Shown one piece after another: positions 37,514-46,753 of a stretch of DNA of 64,000 bases. The translations under genes and the position numbers were made by a program. Source of the DNA: Candidatus Poribacteria bacterium (GTDB lineage: Bacteria > Poribacteria > WGA-4E > GCA-2687025); NCBI GenBank assembly GCA_963665845.2, contig OY762492.1:2464001-2528000 (forward strand). Direction: 5' to 3'. The notes below the pieces were generated by a model. It was not told the DNA's origin. It ran no database searches and saw only the letters and a list, made by a program, of their open reading frames with translations. Position 1 is the stretch's first letter. Every line of letters begins with the position of its first letter.

Positions 37514-38400
37514 TTTTCTTTACGCAACGCTTCCTGTTCGTCCTTGTGCGCATCCGTTTGCGGTTTCAGTTCGTCAGCCGCCTTTTCCAAGATACCGACA
37601 TTGTCTTTGACAAAGCGGGCTTCGGAGCGTTCCGTTTTCATCGGCAGCGTCTTTGCCCATGTGATCTCAATACGGAGCGACGGAAACGGCGTTGCCATCT
37701 CGACAAGCGCTTCGCACAGGTTGGCGCTGACCCCCTTTTCAACGGCGCGCTCAAACGCTCCACTTTCGCCCTTTGCCGTCTGGTCAACAGCGGCTCTGGC
37801 AGCGTCAAGCGTTTGCATCAAATGGCGCGTCAACCGCCGTTCAATCGGATCGTTCACCGTTTCCATTGGCGCCTGCGTTTCCTCATGAGACGGTTCAATG
37901 GGCGGCGTCAACAGCGTTATGACGAGGCTGCCTTTCTCGGTTTGACCGAAACGGATTTTATCCAGCAGTTCAGCGTTTTTGCCGATCGGCCCCTTGTAAG
38001 CCTTCTTTCGATTGTTCAAGGAACGCAGCGCCGCCTCCAGCAGCTTGTTGGAGCCGTTTATCAGATCCAGCGCGGCGTTGAAAGGCAGGCTGTCCTGATC
38101 GCCTCCAGCCCTCGCGCGAACGACATCGCAGCGGGCGTATGTCAAATCTAGGAAGACGCTTCGCTCGTCTTTTTTTGCCGCCATCGCAAAATAACGAATC
38201 AGCCTTGACACGCCGTCTATGTAGTCGGCCAAATCGGCGGTGTGCGGTATCAAAATCTCCGGCTTGCCGTCCGCTCCGTAAATGTAGGAATAGCTGCCGT
38301 ATTCGCCCACCTTTTTCCAACCTGCGGCTTCAGCGTACTTCATCAGAGTGTCTGGAGTGATCGCCTGCAGATCGTTTTCTTCAAAAAGCGCCGCTCTCAT
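37510..38400 (-). CDS. Hypothetical protein coupled to the DUF4365 gene
   Basis: 296-aa ORF with ATGA overlaps on both sides; RFGQTEKGSLVITL motif. Confidence 0.75.
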   Translation of the reverse strand: MRAALFEENDLQAITPDTLMKYAEAAGWKKVGEYGSYSYIYGADGKPEILIPHTADLADYIDGVSRLIRYFAMAAKKDERSVFLDLTYARCDVVRARAGGDQDSLPFNAALDLINGSNKLLEAALRSLNNRKKAYKGPIGKNAELLDKIRFGQTEKGSLVITLLTPPIEPSHEETQAPMETVNDPIERRLTRHLMQTLDAARAAVDQTAKGESGAFERAVEKGVSANLCEALVEMATPFPSLRIEITWAKTLPMKTERSEARFVKDNVGILEKAADELKPQTDAHKDEQEALRKEK

Positions 38401-38900
38401 GAGTCTCTCCTTGCCGGCTCCCGCGCCTTGTCCATCAATTGCCGCAAAATTACATCATCGAATCGATTTTCTTCCGGAATTCGCACCGTGATATTGTCTT
38501 TATTCTCGGTCGCGCTCATCCCTTTTAGATCCATCCAAAACGCTCTTTTCCTTAGCGTCAGACCGTCGTCTGCGATGACGATCCACTCGCTTTCATCCGT
38601 TGGCAGGTCAAAAACGACGAGATAATGCGGAATCAGTTGCTCTTTGCGGAACACATCGTAGGTTTTCACATCCAGCGGGAACCTGTATGTTCCGTCAATG
38701 GAGCGAAGGTTTGTCCTCGCTTTCAACTGCAATTTAATGGAAGGCGACATGTCCCCTCCAGCCGTAATCGTCAAATCCACGCGACCTCGATCTCGGCGCG
38801 GGTTTTCAATGTTATACCCGACTTTTGCGGCGACTGCCATGACATACAGCAGAGAAACCTCTTCTTTTTGATCCTCCGGCGTCAAAATCGCGTCGTTCAT
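38397..38900 (-). CDS. DUF4365 domain protein (PD-(D/E)XK nuclease-like)
   Basis: KEE.S..YV.AVAA..G, D...VD, LQLKA, Y..., PHYLVV motifs. Confidence 0.8.
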   Translation of the reverse strand: MNDAILTPEDQKEEVSLLYVMAVAAKVGYNIENPRRDRGRVDLTITAGGDMSPSIKLQLKARTNLRSIDGTYRFPLDVKTYDVFRKEQLIPHYLVVFDLPTDESEWIVIADDGLTLRKRAFWMDLKGMSATENKDNITVRIPEENRFDDVILRQLMDKAREPARRDS

Positions 38901-38937
38901 AGGCTAACCGCGCTTTCCTTCCTTCGCAAGCATCTCG

Positions 38938-39954
38938 TCATGCGCCCGCGTTGGACGCGCGGATCAGTCCCTCCAAAGCTCCCTTGGCGGCTCCTGAACG
39001 AATCGACTCGCGCGCCAGTTCAAGCGCGTCGTGGAGGCTGTCGGCGATCCCCGCTGTCTTGAGCGCCGCCGCCGCGTTCAAGACGGCGATGTCCAGCGCG
39101 GGTCCCGCCTCCCCGTTTAAAACGGCGCGAAGGATCTGCGCGTTCTCGTCCGCGTCGCCGCCTTTCAGGTCGGACGGCGCGGCGCGCGGGATGCCGTACT
39201 CCAGCGGCTCCAGCTCATAGGTCTCGACGGCGCCGTTTCGCAGCTCCGAGACGCGCGTCGGTCCTGTGGTGGATATCTCGTCCAGTCCGCCCGCTCCGTG
39301 TACGACCACCGCCCGTTCGCTTCCGAGTTTGCCGAGCGCCGTTGCCATCGGCTCCGTCCATGCGCCGTCGAAGACGCCGAGCAGCTGCCGTTTGGCGCCC
39401 GCCGGGTTCGTCATCGGTCCGACAATGTTAAAAAAGGTTCGGACGCCCATCTCTCGGCGCGGTCCGGCGACATGGCGCATCGCGCTGTGAAATGTCGGCG
39501 CGAACAGAAAGCCGATGCCGACCTGGTCGATGCATTGCCCGACCCGTTCAGGCGGCGCGCCGATCTGAACGCCGAGCGCTTCCAGGACATTGGAGCTGCC
39601 GCATCGGCTGGAGACGGAGCGGTTGCCGTGCTTGGCGACCGCGGCGCCCGCGCCCGCGGCGATAAAGGCGGCGGTCGTGGAGATGTTGAAGGTGTGCGAT
39701 CCGTCCCCGCCGGTGCCGCATGTGTCGATGAGCGGCGCGCGGGAGGTTTCGACGCGGGTCGCTTTTTGGCGCATGGCGCGGGCGAAGCCGGCGATCTCGT
39801 CCGCCGTTTCGCCTTTCATACGCGCGGCGGTCAGCAAAGCCCCAATCTGCGCGTCGGTGGCTTCCCCCTCCATGAGCCGCGCCATCAGCTGCGCCGCTTC
39901 CTCCTCGGTCATATTCTCTCGGTTGATGATGCGCTCAATGGCGTTTTGAATCAT
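38938..39954 (-). CDS. trpD: Anthranilate phosphoribosyltransferase
   Basis: DTCGTGGDG, FNIST, KHGNRSVSS, GLDE. Confidence 0.97.
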   Translation of the reverse strand: MIQNAIERIINRENMTEEEAAQLMARLMEGEATDAQIGALLTAARMKGETADEIAGFARAMRQKATRVETSRAPLIDTCGTGGDGSHTFNISTTAAFIAAGAGAAVAKHGNRSVSSRCGSSNVLEALGVQIGAPPERVGQCIDQVGIGFLFAPTFHSAMRHVAGPRREMGVRTFFNIVGPMTNPAGAKRQLLGVFDGAWTEPMATALGKLGSERAVVVHGAGGLDEISTTGPTRVSELRNGAVETYELEPLEYGIPRAAPSDLKGGDADENAQILRAVLNGEAGPALDIAVLNAAAALKTAGIADSLHDALELARESIRSGAAKGALEGLIRASNAGA

Positions 39955-40245
39955 GCGCTTGCTTCCTAGATGTGTTCTCTTGTCGCCGCCTTCAACGCTT
40001 CATTATAGCCGATGCCGCATTGCCGGGCAGTCTCTACAGAAGATGTTTTGACTTTGTAGGGTTCCGTTTTGGAATGCGGGGCAGTCAGGGAAAACTTAAG
40101 ATTTCCGTATGTTTTACCGCAAGGGCGGGAATGACGAAGCGCGGGCGCGGAAGAGGAAAGGGCGCCGGGAAGGCGCAGGCGGGACAGGAAAATGCCAGAC
40201 CCCTTTACATAAACCTACATAAAGGAGTCTGGCAAAGATCAGCGC

Positions 40246-40779
40246 TTACAGCTCTCGAACACGTATGTTGCGGAACTGGACAGGTCCATGATCGCCCTGC
40301 AGCATGAGAGGACCGGTCGGGTTGTCGTCGTTGAACAGCTGCCCGCCGGTCGGACCCTTGATGGTCACGTTGTCGTGGATCGTCTGTCCGTTCAGCTGAA
40401 CCGTCAGCGTCATTCCGACGATCTTGGCGTCCACCGTCTGCCATTCGCCCGCCGGCTTGCTCGCCTCGACATCCGGGCTTTTCTGGTTGTACAGCGCGCC
40501 GTTTTCGGCGGGGTAGTTGTACTCCTTGCCGAGGCTGTCCAGTATCTGCAGCTCATACCGCCCGCGCAGGTAGATGCCGCTGTTGCTGCCTTCAGGGACA
40601 AGGTATTCGATATGCAGCTCGTGGTCGCCGAATTCGGCTTCGCTGACGATGTCGACCCCTGTCCCGGTGTTGTCTAGGATGCCGTCATGGGCGACCCATT
40701 GATGCTCGCGGTCGGTATTCCGCATCCGCCAGCCGGTCAGGTCGGTACCGTTGAACAGCTGAATCCATTCGTCTGCCAT
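40246..40779 (-). CDS. DUF1080 (3-keto-disaccharide hydrolase-like) protein
   Basis: LFNGTDLTGW, NSGIYLRGRYELQILD, LQGDHG.V.FRNI. Confidence 0.88.
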   Translation of the reverse strand: MADEWIQLFNGTDLTGWRMRNTDREHQWVAHDGILDNTGTGVDIVSEAEFGDHELHIEYLVPEGSNSGIYLRGRYELQILDSLGKEYNYPAENGALYNQKSPDVEASKPAGEWQTVDAKIVGMTLTVQLNGQTIHDNVTIKGPTGGQLFNDDNPTGPLMLQGDHGPVQFRNIRVREL

Positions 40780-40848
40780 GCGCGTCCTTTCCGATGTTGA
40801 TCCGTTGCCGCGCCGCCTATCATACCAGACAGCGCGGCAAAGGCAACC

Positions 40849-41640
40849 TTACTGCGCCGCCCGTTTTTTGATGGTTCCCCATGCAAGCGGAGCCTTGCCG
40901 GACGGGTCGACCGACAGCAGCGACGCGCTCAAGCCTTGATCGGCGATCTGCGCCACCTCATCCTCCGACATGGCGTATCCAAAAACGGCGACCTCGTCAA
41001 TGGAGCCGTTCAGGAAGCGTCCGCCGCCGCAGCAGTCGTCAAAGCCGATCGTCATGGATCCGGTGTGTTCAGCCAGCTGCGTCGCGTTGAGGCTCAGTTC
41101 GCTTTCAACTTTTCCGTCAATGTAAAGTCTCCAGTCGCCTGTGGCGCTGTCGAAGGTGCCGATATAGCTGCGCCAGACGGTGATGTCGTCAACTGCGATC
41201 TGTCCAGTGTTCCATGCGTTGGGCTGGTTCCATCCTGCGCCGTTCCAGACGGGGAAGGCGACCACGGTACCGCCGGCGTTCGGGTGAAGAATATAGAGGT
41301 TGCGTTTGCCGGCGATGGCGCCGGAGGTGTTCCATGCCGCCGCCGCGCTTTTGACAACGGCGATGACCGTTATCGCGTCGCGCGGGCTTGCGTGGTCGGG
41401 GGTGCGGACATAGTCGCCGTCGCCGTCCAGTTCGAGCGCGCCGCCGAATTGGCCTTCGACCCATTCGGGATCGCCGTTCAGTTCGGCGTCCAGTTTGTTG
41501 CCGGAGCTGTCTTTGGCTTCGTTGCCGCCTCCGTCATCGAAGAGCCAGATGCCGACCGCCTTGTCCATATCGAACGCCTGCGCGGCAGAGAGCGACATCG
41601 CCGCTGCGCACACTGCAACCGTGAAGAACCGTCGAGTCAT
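40849..41640 (-). CDS. Secreted LamG/concanavalin-like domain protein with the conserved C-terminal motif
   Basis: WLFDDGGG..DSSGN, LYIDG, GSIDEVAVF; tail SVDPSGKAPLAWGTIKK. Confidence 0.88.
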   Translation of the reverse strand: MTRRFFTVAVCAAAMSLSAAQAFDMDKAVGIWLFDDGGGNEAKDSSGNKLDAELNGDPEWVEGQFGGALELDGDGDYVRTPDHASPRDAITVIAVVKSAAAAWNTSGAIAGKRNLYILHPNAGGTVVAFPVWNGAGWNQPNAWNTGQIAVDDITVWRSYIGTFDSATGDWRLYIDGKVESELSLNATQLAEHTGSMTIGFDDCCGGGRFLNGSIDEVAVFGYAMSEDEVAQIADQGLSASLLSVDPSGKAPLAWGTIKKRAAQ

Positions 41641-41943
41641 GAGATGCCTCCATCAAGTTTTTTAGATTTAACGCCAACATTCTAAATCAAAGCCGCGCGC
41701 CGCGCAACCTATGGATCTGACCTTACGTCTTTCACGGGTCAGGCTATGAGGATGCGGCATGTTGAGGCGGCGTGTTGGTTTTCGGCAAACCTCAAGTCAA
41801 TCTTTTCAATCCTGAAAATCCTAGTTCAGACAACAGACGGTTCGGGTTCGCCTCTGGATTCCCGCACGTTTTACCGCAAGGGCGGGAATGCATGTCCTCG
41901 CGGAAGCGGGGAACGGCGTGTAGGGCGCGGGTTTCTAGATTCC

Positions 41944-42111
41944 CTGACCTCACGCCTAAAGTAGGAACATCCCGGCATGGAAACGCGGACGGTTTCGAGG
42001 TGGACTCTGGATTCCTGCTTACGCGGGAATGACGGCTTGGTTGGCGGCGCCTTTTTCCTATGAATCGAGCGATCGTCGGTTCAAATGTCCCAACTTTACG
42101 CATAAGGCCAG
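41944..42111. mobile_element. Complete MITE with 7-bp target duplication, inserted in a repeat cluster
   Basis: CTGACCTCACG ... GCATAAGGCCAG; AGATTCC on both flanks. Confidence 0.85.
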
Positions 42112-42270
42112 AGATTCCCCCTTGAAAAGGGGGCAGGGGTTTTTAGCCGCGCGGCGTGTCGGTTTTCGGCAAATCACTTGACAATCTTTTCAATAAGGCT
42201 TTATTCGTTCAAATGTCCCAACGTTCTGCATGAGGTCAGAGACCGCCCTTCTCTTTTCGGCGCGCTCTTT

Positions 42271-42696
42271 TCATTTGTCAGCGGCGCGGCTTTCTTCATA
42301 CGCTTTGCGCCTCGCTTCATAACTCTTCCACTCCCACCGAGCGGCGATCGACAGCCTTCGTTCCGCTTCTGCGCGCGCTTCCAGCGCCGCCGCATATATG
42401 TTCGTTATATTCGGCTCTATAACCCGCAGGGGTTCCAATGCGGCGGCTTTTTTCGGCTCCTCCTCCGCCGCTTGATACGCCTTCCACTCGATCGGCGCCG
42501 CTTTTTCTAACTTCCGCGCGGCGGCGTCCATAATTCGTTGAGCGTTTTTCCATTCCTTATACGTCTCAGGAGCCGTCGCTTTCAAAGCCCGCTCCAATTC
42601 AGGAAAGACAGGTTCCTCCGCCGAACGTTGAGCGGCGCAGCTCAACATAAACGCCGCCAGGAACGAAGCCAAGCCCAGTTTCAACAGACGTTTCAT
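42271..42696 (-). CDS. Small helical lipoprotein with internal repeats
   Basis: Lipobox MLSC; imperfect L..AAP.EWK.Y repeats. Confidence 0.65.
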   Translation of the reverse strand: MKRLLKLGLASFLAAFMLSCAAQRSAEEPVFPELERALKATAPETYKEWKNAQRIMDAAARKLEKAAPIEWKAYQAAEEEPKKAAALEPLRVIEPNITNIYAAALEARAEAERRLSIAARWEWKSYEARRKAYEESRAADK

Positions 42697-42774
42697 TGCG
42701 AGCCTCCCGCCAAGTGTTATGTTTTTTGATATGTTTGTTTTACAGGAATGCAGCGCTTGACGCAACCTTTGCCG

Positions 42775-43055
42775 CTGACCTTACGTCTTTAGTGGGGATA
42801 TGCCGGCATGGGTACGCGGACGGCGTGTAGGGCGCGGGTTCTAGACTCCCCCTTGAAAAGGGGATGGGGGGTTTAAAGAGGCGCGCAGGGGTTGCGATGC
42901 CTTAAGATTCCCGCTTGCGCGGGAATGACGGCGTGTAGGGCGCGGGTTTCTGGACTCCCCCTTGAAAAGGGGGGATGGGGGGTTTAAAGACGGGCGCGGG
43001 GGCTGCGATGCCTTAAGATTCCCGCACGTTTTACCGCAAGGGCGGGAATGACAGC
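42775..43055. repeat. MITE left arm plus composite repeat cluster
   Basis: ctgaccttacgtcttt..; two units of ccccttgaaaagggg alternating with attcccgc..gcgggaat. Confidence 0.8.
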
Positions 43056-43085
43056 CAGGATCGGCGGGCTTTAGCGCAAATAAAG

Positions 43086-43114
43086 TTGACACTGCCGTTC
43101 TCGTCCGTTATGAT
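43086..43114 (+). promoter_or_regulatory. Sigma70 promoter of the tRNA operon
   Basis: TTGACA-17 bp-TATGAT. Confidence 0.8.
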
Positions 43115-43129
43115 ATGCATGCTGTGTTT

Positions 43130-43219
43130 GGTGGGATGGCAGAGCGGCTTAACGCGGCGGTCTTGAAAACCGTTGTATCGGAAGCGATACCGCAGGTTCG
43201 AATCCTGCTCCCACCGCCA
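43130..43219 (+). tRNA. tRNA-Ser(TGA)
   Basis: Cloverleaf, long variable arm, anticodon loop ctTGAaa, GTTCGAAT, CCA end. Confidence 0.95.
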
Positions 43220-43230
43220 AACAAGATTGC

Positions 43231-43322
43231 GGAGAGATGCTGGAGTGGCTGAACAGGGCAGCCTGCTAAGCTGTTGTGGGGCTTACGCCTCACCGAGGGT
43301 TCAAATCCCTCTCTCTCCGCCA
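43231..43322 (+). tRNA. tRNA-Ser(GCT)
   Basis: Anticodon loop ctGCTaa, long variable arm, CCA end. Confidence 0.95.
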
Positions 43323-43331
43323 GACGAATGC

Positions 43332-43408
43332 GCGCCCGTAGCTCAGTGGATTAGAGCGCGTGACTACGGATCACGAAGTCGGGAGTTCGAATCTCTCCGG
43401 GCGCGCCA
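43332..43408 (+). tRNA. tRNA-Arg(ACG)
   Basis: Anticodon loop ctACGga, 77 nt, CCA end. Confidence 0.95.
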
Positions 43409-43431
43409 CCTTTTTTGAAACCGGCGCAAAC

Positions 43432-43905
43432 ATGTTTTTTGTGACGAAACGCGACGAATACTGGATGGGCGAAGCGCTGAAAGAGGCGCGCGAAGCGATG
43501 GCGCGGGGCGAAACGCCGGTCGGCGCCGTCATCGAACGCGGCGGAAAAGAGCTGGCGCGCGACTCCAACCGCCGGCGCGAGCTTCAAGATCCGACCGCGC
43601 ACGCCGAGATCGGAGCCATCCGAAAAGCGGCGCGCCAAACCGGCAGCGAAACGCTGGACGGCGCGACCCTGTATGTCACCGTTGAGCCATGCGTTATGTG
43701 CGCCGGCGCCGTTCAGTGGGCGCGCATTGACCGCGTCGTGTACGGCATTGACGAACCGAAAAGCGGCGCCGTCCGCTCCCGTTATACGCTGCTCGCGGAC
43801 GCCAAAACGGGCAGGGCGGTTCCGTCGGTCGGCGGCTGCCGCGCGGACGAGGCGCTGGAACTGATGCAGGAATTTTTTGCCGGCTTACGCGCGTCTGCCA
43901 GATAG
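43432..43905 (+). CDS. tadA: tRNA adenosine(34) deaminase
   Basis: GETPVGAV, DPTAHAEI, LYVTVEPCVMCAGA. Confidence 0.92.
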   Translation: MFFVTKRDEYWMGEALKEAREAMARGETPVGAVIERGGKELARDSNRRRELQDPTAHAEIGAIRKAARQTGSETLDGATLYVTVEPCVMCAGAVQWARIDRVVYGIDEPKSGAVRSRYTLLADAKTGRAVPSVGGCRADEALELMQEFFAGLRASAR

Positions 43906-43920
43906 ACGCGCGTTCATTGC

Positions 43921-44012
<92 letters not shown>

Positions 44013-44305
44013 TCCCTTGTTTAAATCATGGCGCCCGCCATCGCGGGCGCGCGGGCCGTTCTCCCTTGAAAAGGGGCTAGGGTTCAGAGGTGAAACGACG
44101 CGAATGGCGGCGCGTCCGATTCCCCCCTTGAAAAGGGGGGCTAGGGGGTTTAAAGGGCGGAAGCGGCGTCTTTTCGTCGTTCATGGCGGTTCTTTCGCCC
44201 TAACGCCCCAACTTTACGCATGAAGTTCCCCCTCAGCTTGACTTTGTCGATAGATCGGTTATCATACTGCATGGGTTATTAGAACTGCCAACGTGAGGCG
44301 CCGCC

Positions 44306-46741
44306 TTGAAAAAAATACGCGCTGTCAAAACGATCAACTCCTACCTGCGAATTCCGACCCCGAAAGGGGTCGCGCGCGGCGAATTCTGGTCGCCCGACCG
44401 AATCGAGTATATGCGCGAGCTGTCTGAAACCGGAAAAGCGGTCATACGCAGCCTGGACGACGCCGCCCAGTACGCCGCCGACTCCCGCTCCCTGCGCGAC
44501 CGCATCCGCCTCTCCCCAAACGAAAACGGACGCGGCGAACAGAAGACGGACATCAGCGTCCAGCTGAACGGGTTCAACGGAACCAAACCGATACCGCTTG
44601 CCGCCCCGCTTGTCTGGGGCGATATGTCGTTCGGCGCGATACATGCCGAGGCGGTCAAGGCGCTGGTGCGCTCCGCCGAAGCGACCGGCATTCTCTCCGG
44701 AACCGGCGAAGGCGGACTCCACCCCGACATACGCCATCTCAAACGTTTCAATGTGCAATGGGCGTCCGCGCGGTTCGGCGTCAACCTTGAATCGCTCAAA
44801 TCCGGCTCCGCCGTCTTCATCAAGATCGGGCAGGGCGCGAAGCCGGGCATCGGCGGACATCTGCCGGGCATGAAGGTGGTCGGCGACATCCCGACGACGC
44901 GGCGCATCCCTGAAGGCAGGGACGCCATCTCGCCCGCGCCGCACCATGACATCTACTCCATCGAAGACCTGGGGCAGCGCATCTGGGCGTTGAAACTGGC
45001 GACAGGGCAGCCCGTTTATGTGAAGGTCGCCGCGACAAATTATGTGCCGTATGTGGCATGCGGCATCGCGCGCATGGGCGGGGACGGCGTCGTCATCGAC
45101 GGGCATCTCGCCGGGACAGGCGCGACGCCCGAAGTCATCCGCGACAATGTCGGCATACCGATAGAGATCGCCGTCGCCGCGAGCGACCAGATGCTGCGCG
45201 AGCAGATGATGGACGGCGAACCGCTGCGCAGCCGCGTCTCCATCATCGCCGGCGGCGGGGTCACCAGCTCAAGCGACATGCTGAAACTTGCCGCCCTCGG
45301 CGCGGACGCCTCCATGATGGGAACGGGCGCGCTGGTCGCCATGGGGTGCGTCATGGTGCATCGCTGCCACACCGGCAAATGTCCAACGGCGCTCGCGACG
45401 CAGAAACCGCACCGCCTGCTGGATGTGGACTGGGCGACGGAGCGGTGCATTCAGTTTGTGAACGGTCTGAAAGAGGAAATAGAGCTGCTTTTGGACGAGC
45501 TTGGATACGACTCGATGAAGCAGCTGATTGGGAATCGAAACGCGCTGGAAGCGAGAGACCTGAACGACGAAACGCTGGACATACTAGGGCTGAAACGCGC
45601 CAACGGACGTTCGGCGCCGAAGAGCCGTACCGAAACGGACGCGCCGGCGGAGGCGCCCGACTTCTGGACGCCCTGGCGCATTGACCATATCAAAGCGAAC
45701 GCGGAGACGGGCGAGGCGCTGATCACCAGCATGGGAAGCCAGTCGCCGCCGTTTGTGGAGCCGCCGCGCGTCATCTGCGACTGGCTGCGTTCGGACGGCG
45801 CGCAGGTCACCCGACCGAGCGTTGACCCGTACCGCGAAGAGATCGAGACCAGCGTCTATCTCGCCGGCGGGAAGGCGCGGCTTGCCTCCCCCTGTTTCTT
45901 TGATCTGTCCCGCTACGACCGTCTAGAGCCTGAAGCGCATGCGCTCATTGCGCGGACGGCGTCGGCGGTCGGTTCGCTTGCTGTTGTGTCGATGGACGAT
46001 ATGGATGAGCGGGTCGCGCGGTACGGGCGCGCCGTCGCGCTGGATCTGATGTCTGAAGACGCGCCGCCGGCGGGGATGGGCGAACGGGTTGCCGCGTTTC
46101 TGATCGAAGACCGCGCCGACCGAGACCGGCTGCCGCTGCGCGTCGAGTCGCTCAAACGCGCCTACGGGAAGCCCGTGTTCGTCCGCACGCCGCCGATACG
46201 AAACATTCACCGCCGGGTGAAACGGCTCGCGGACGCGCAGGTGGACGCGATCATCATACGGGACGAGGTGAACGCCGAGACGGGCGAGGTGGTCTCCGAC
46301 CTGTCGTCTGATCAGCATTATCCGCTGGAGATTGCGCTCTCGATAGCGGATATGGCGATGCGTTTTACTGAAAACGGAGAAACGGCGGCGCGGCGGCGCG
46401 TGAACCTGCTGGCGTCGTCGGAGCGGCTGCGCGGGGCGGACGATATTTTCAAGTTGATCGCTCTCGGCGCGGACGCGGCGGGCATCGGGGACGCGGCGCT
46501 GATTGCGTCGGTCGGCCGCCCCGGCGGCGATCTGGACGCCGAGGTCGATTTTGAATCGCCGGACGCTTCCATTCGTCTGGAAAACTACTACTGGGCGTCG
46601 CAAAAAGAATTGAAACTGCTTTTAGGAGCCGCCGGGACATCCAGCGTCGCAACGCTGCTCGGAAGCCGCGAGCTGCTGCGTTCGGTCGACCTTGACCCGA
46701 ACGCGCGCGAGCTGCTGGACGTCAAACCGGCGGGGCGGTAA
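44306..46741 (+). CDS. Glutamate synthase FMN-binding subunit (GltB2-like) with a second degenerate barrel
   Basis: MSFGA, GTGEGG, QWASARFGV, IKIGQGAKPGIGGHLPG.KV, ISPAPHHDIYSIEDL, CxxxxxCxxxxCP cluster motif. Confidence 0.88.
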   Translation: MKKIRAVKTINSYLRIPTPKGVARGEFWSPDRIEYMRELSETGKAVIRSLDDAAQYAADSRSLRDRIRLSPNENGRGEQKTDISVQLNGFNGTKPIPLAAPLVWGDMSFGAIHAEAVKALVRSAEATGILSGTGEGGLHPDIRHLKRFNVQWASARFGVNLESLKSGSAVFIKIGQGAKPGIGGHLPGMKVVGDIPTTRRIPEGRDAISPAPHHDIYSIEDLGQRIWALKLATGQPVYVKVAATNYVPYVACGIARMGGDGVVIDGHLAGTGATPEVIRDNVGIPIEIAVAASDQMLREQMMDGEPLRSRVSIIAGGGVTSSSDMLKLAALGADASMMGTGALVAMGCVMVHRCHTGKCPTALATQKPHRLLDVDWATERCIQFVNGLKEEIELLLDELGYDSMKQLIGNRNALEARDLNDETLDILGLKRANGRSAPKSRTETDAPAEAPDFWTPWRIDHIKANAETGEALITSMGSQSPPFVEPPRVICDWLRSDGAQVTRPSVDPYREEIETSVYLAGGKARLASPCFFDLSRYDRLEPEAHALIARTASAVGSLAVVSMDDMDERVARYGRAVALDLMSEDAPPAGMGERVAAFLIEDRADRDRLPLRVESLKRAYGKPVFVRTPPIRNIHRRVKRLADAQVDAIIIRDEVNAETGEVVSDLSSDQHYPLEIALSIADMAMRFTENGETAARRRVNLLASSERLRGADDIFKLIALGADAAGIGDAALIASVGRPGGDLDAEVDFESPDASIRLENYYWASQKELKLLLGAAGTSSVATLLGSRELLRSVDLDPNARELLDVKPAGR

Positions 46742-46753
46742 AGGAACGGAACT

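Noticed and set aside
41800-41835. aatcttttcaatcctgaaaatcctagttc short repeat
   Set aside because: Single degenerate occurrence; no supportable function
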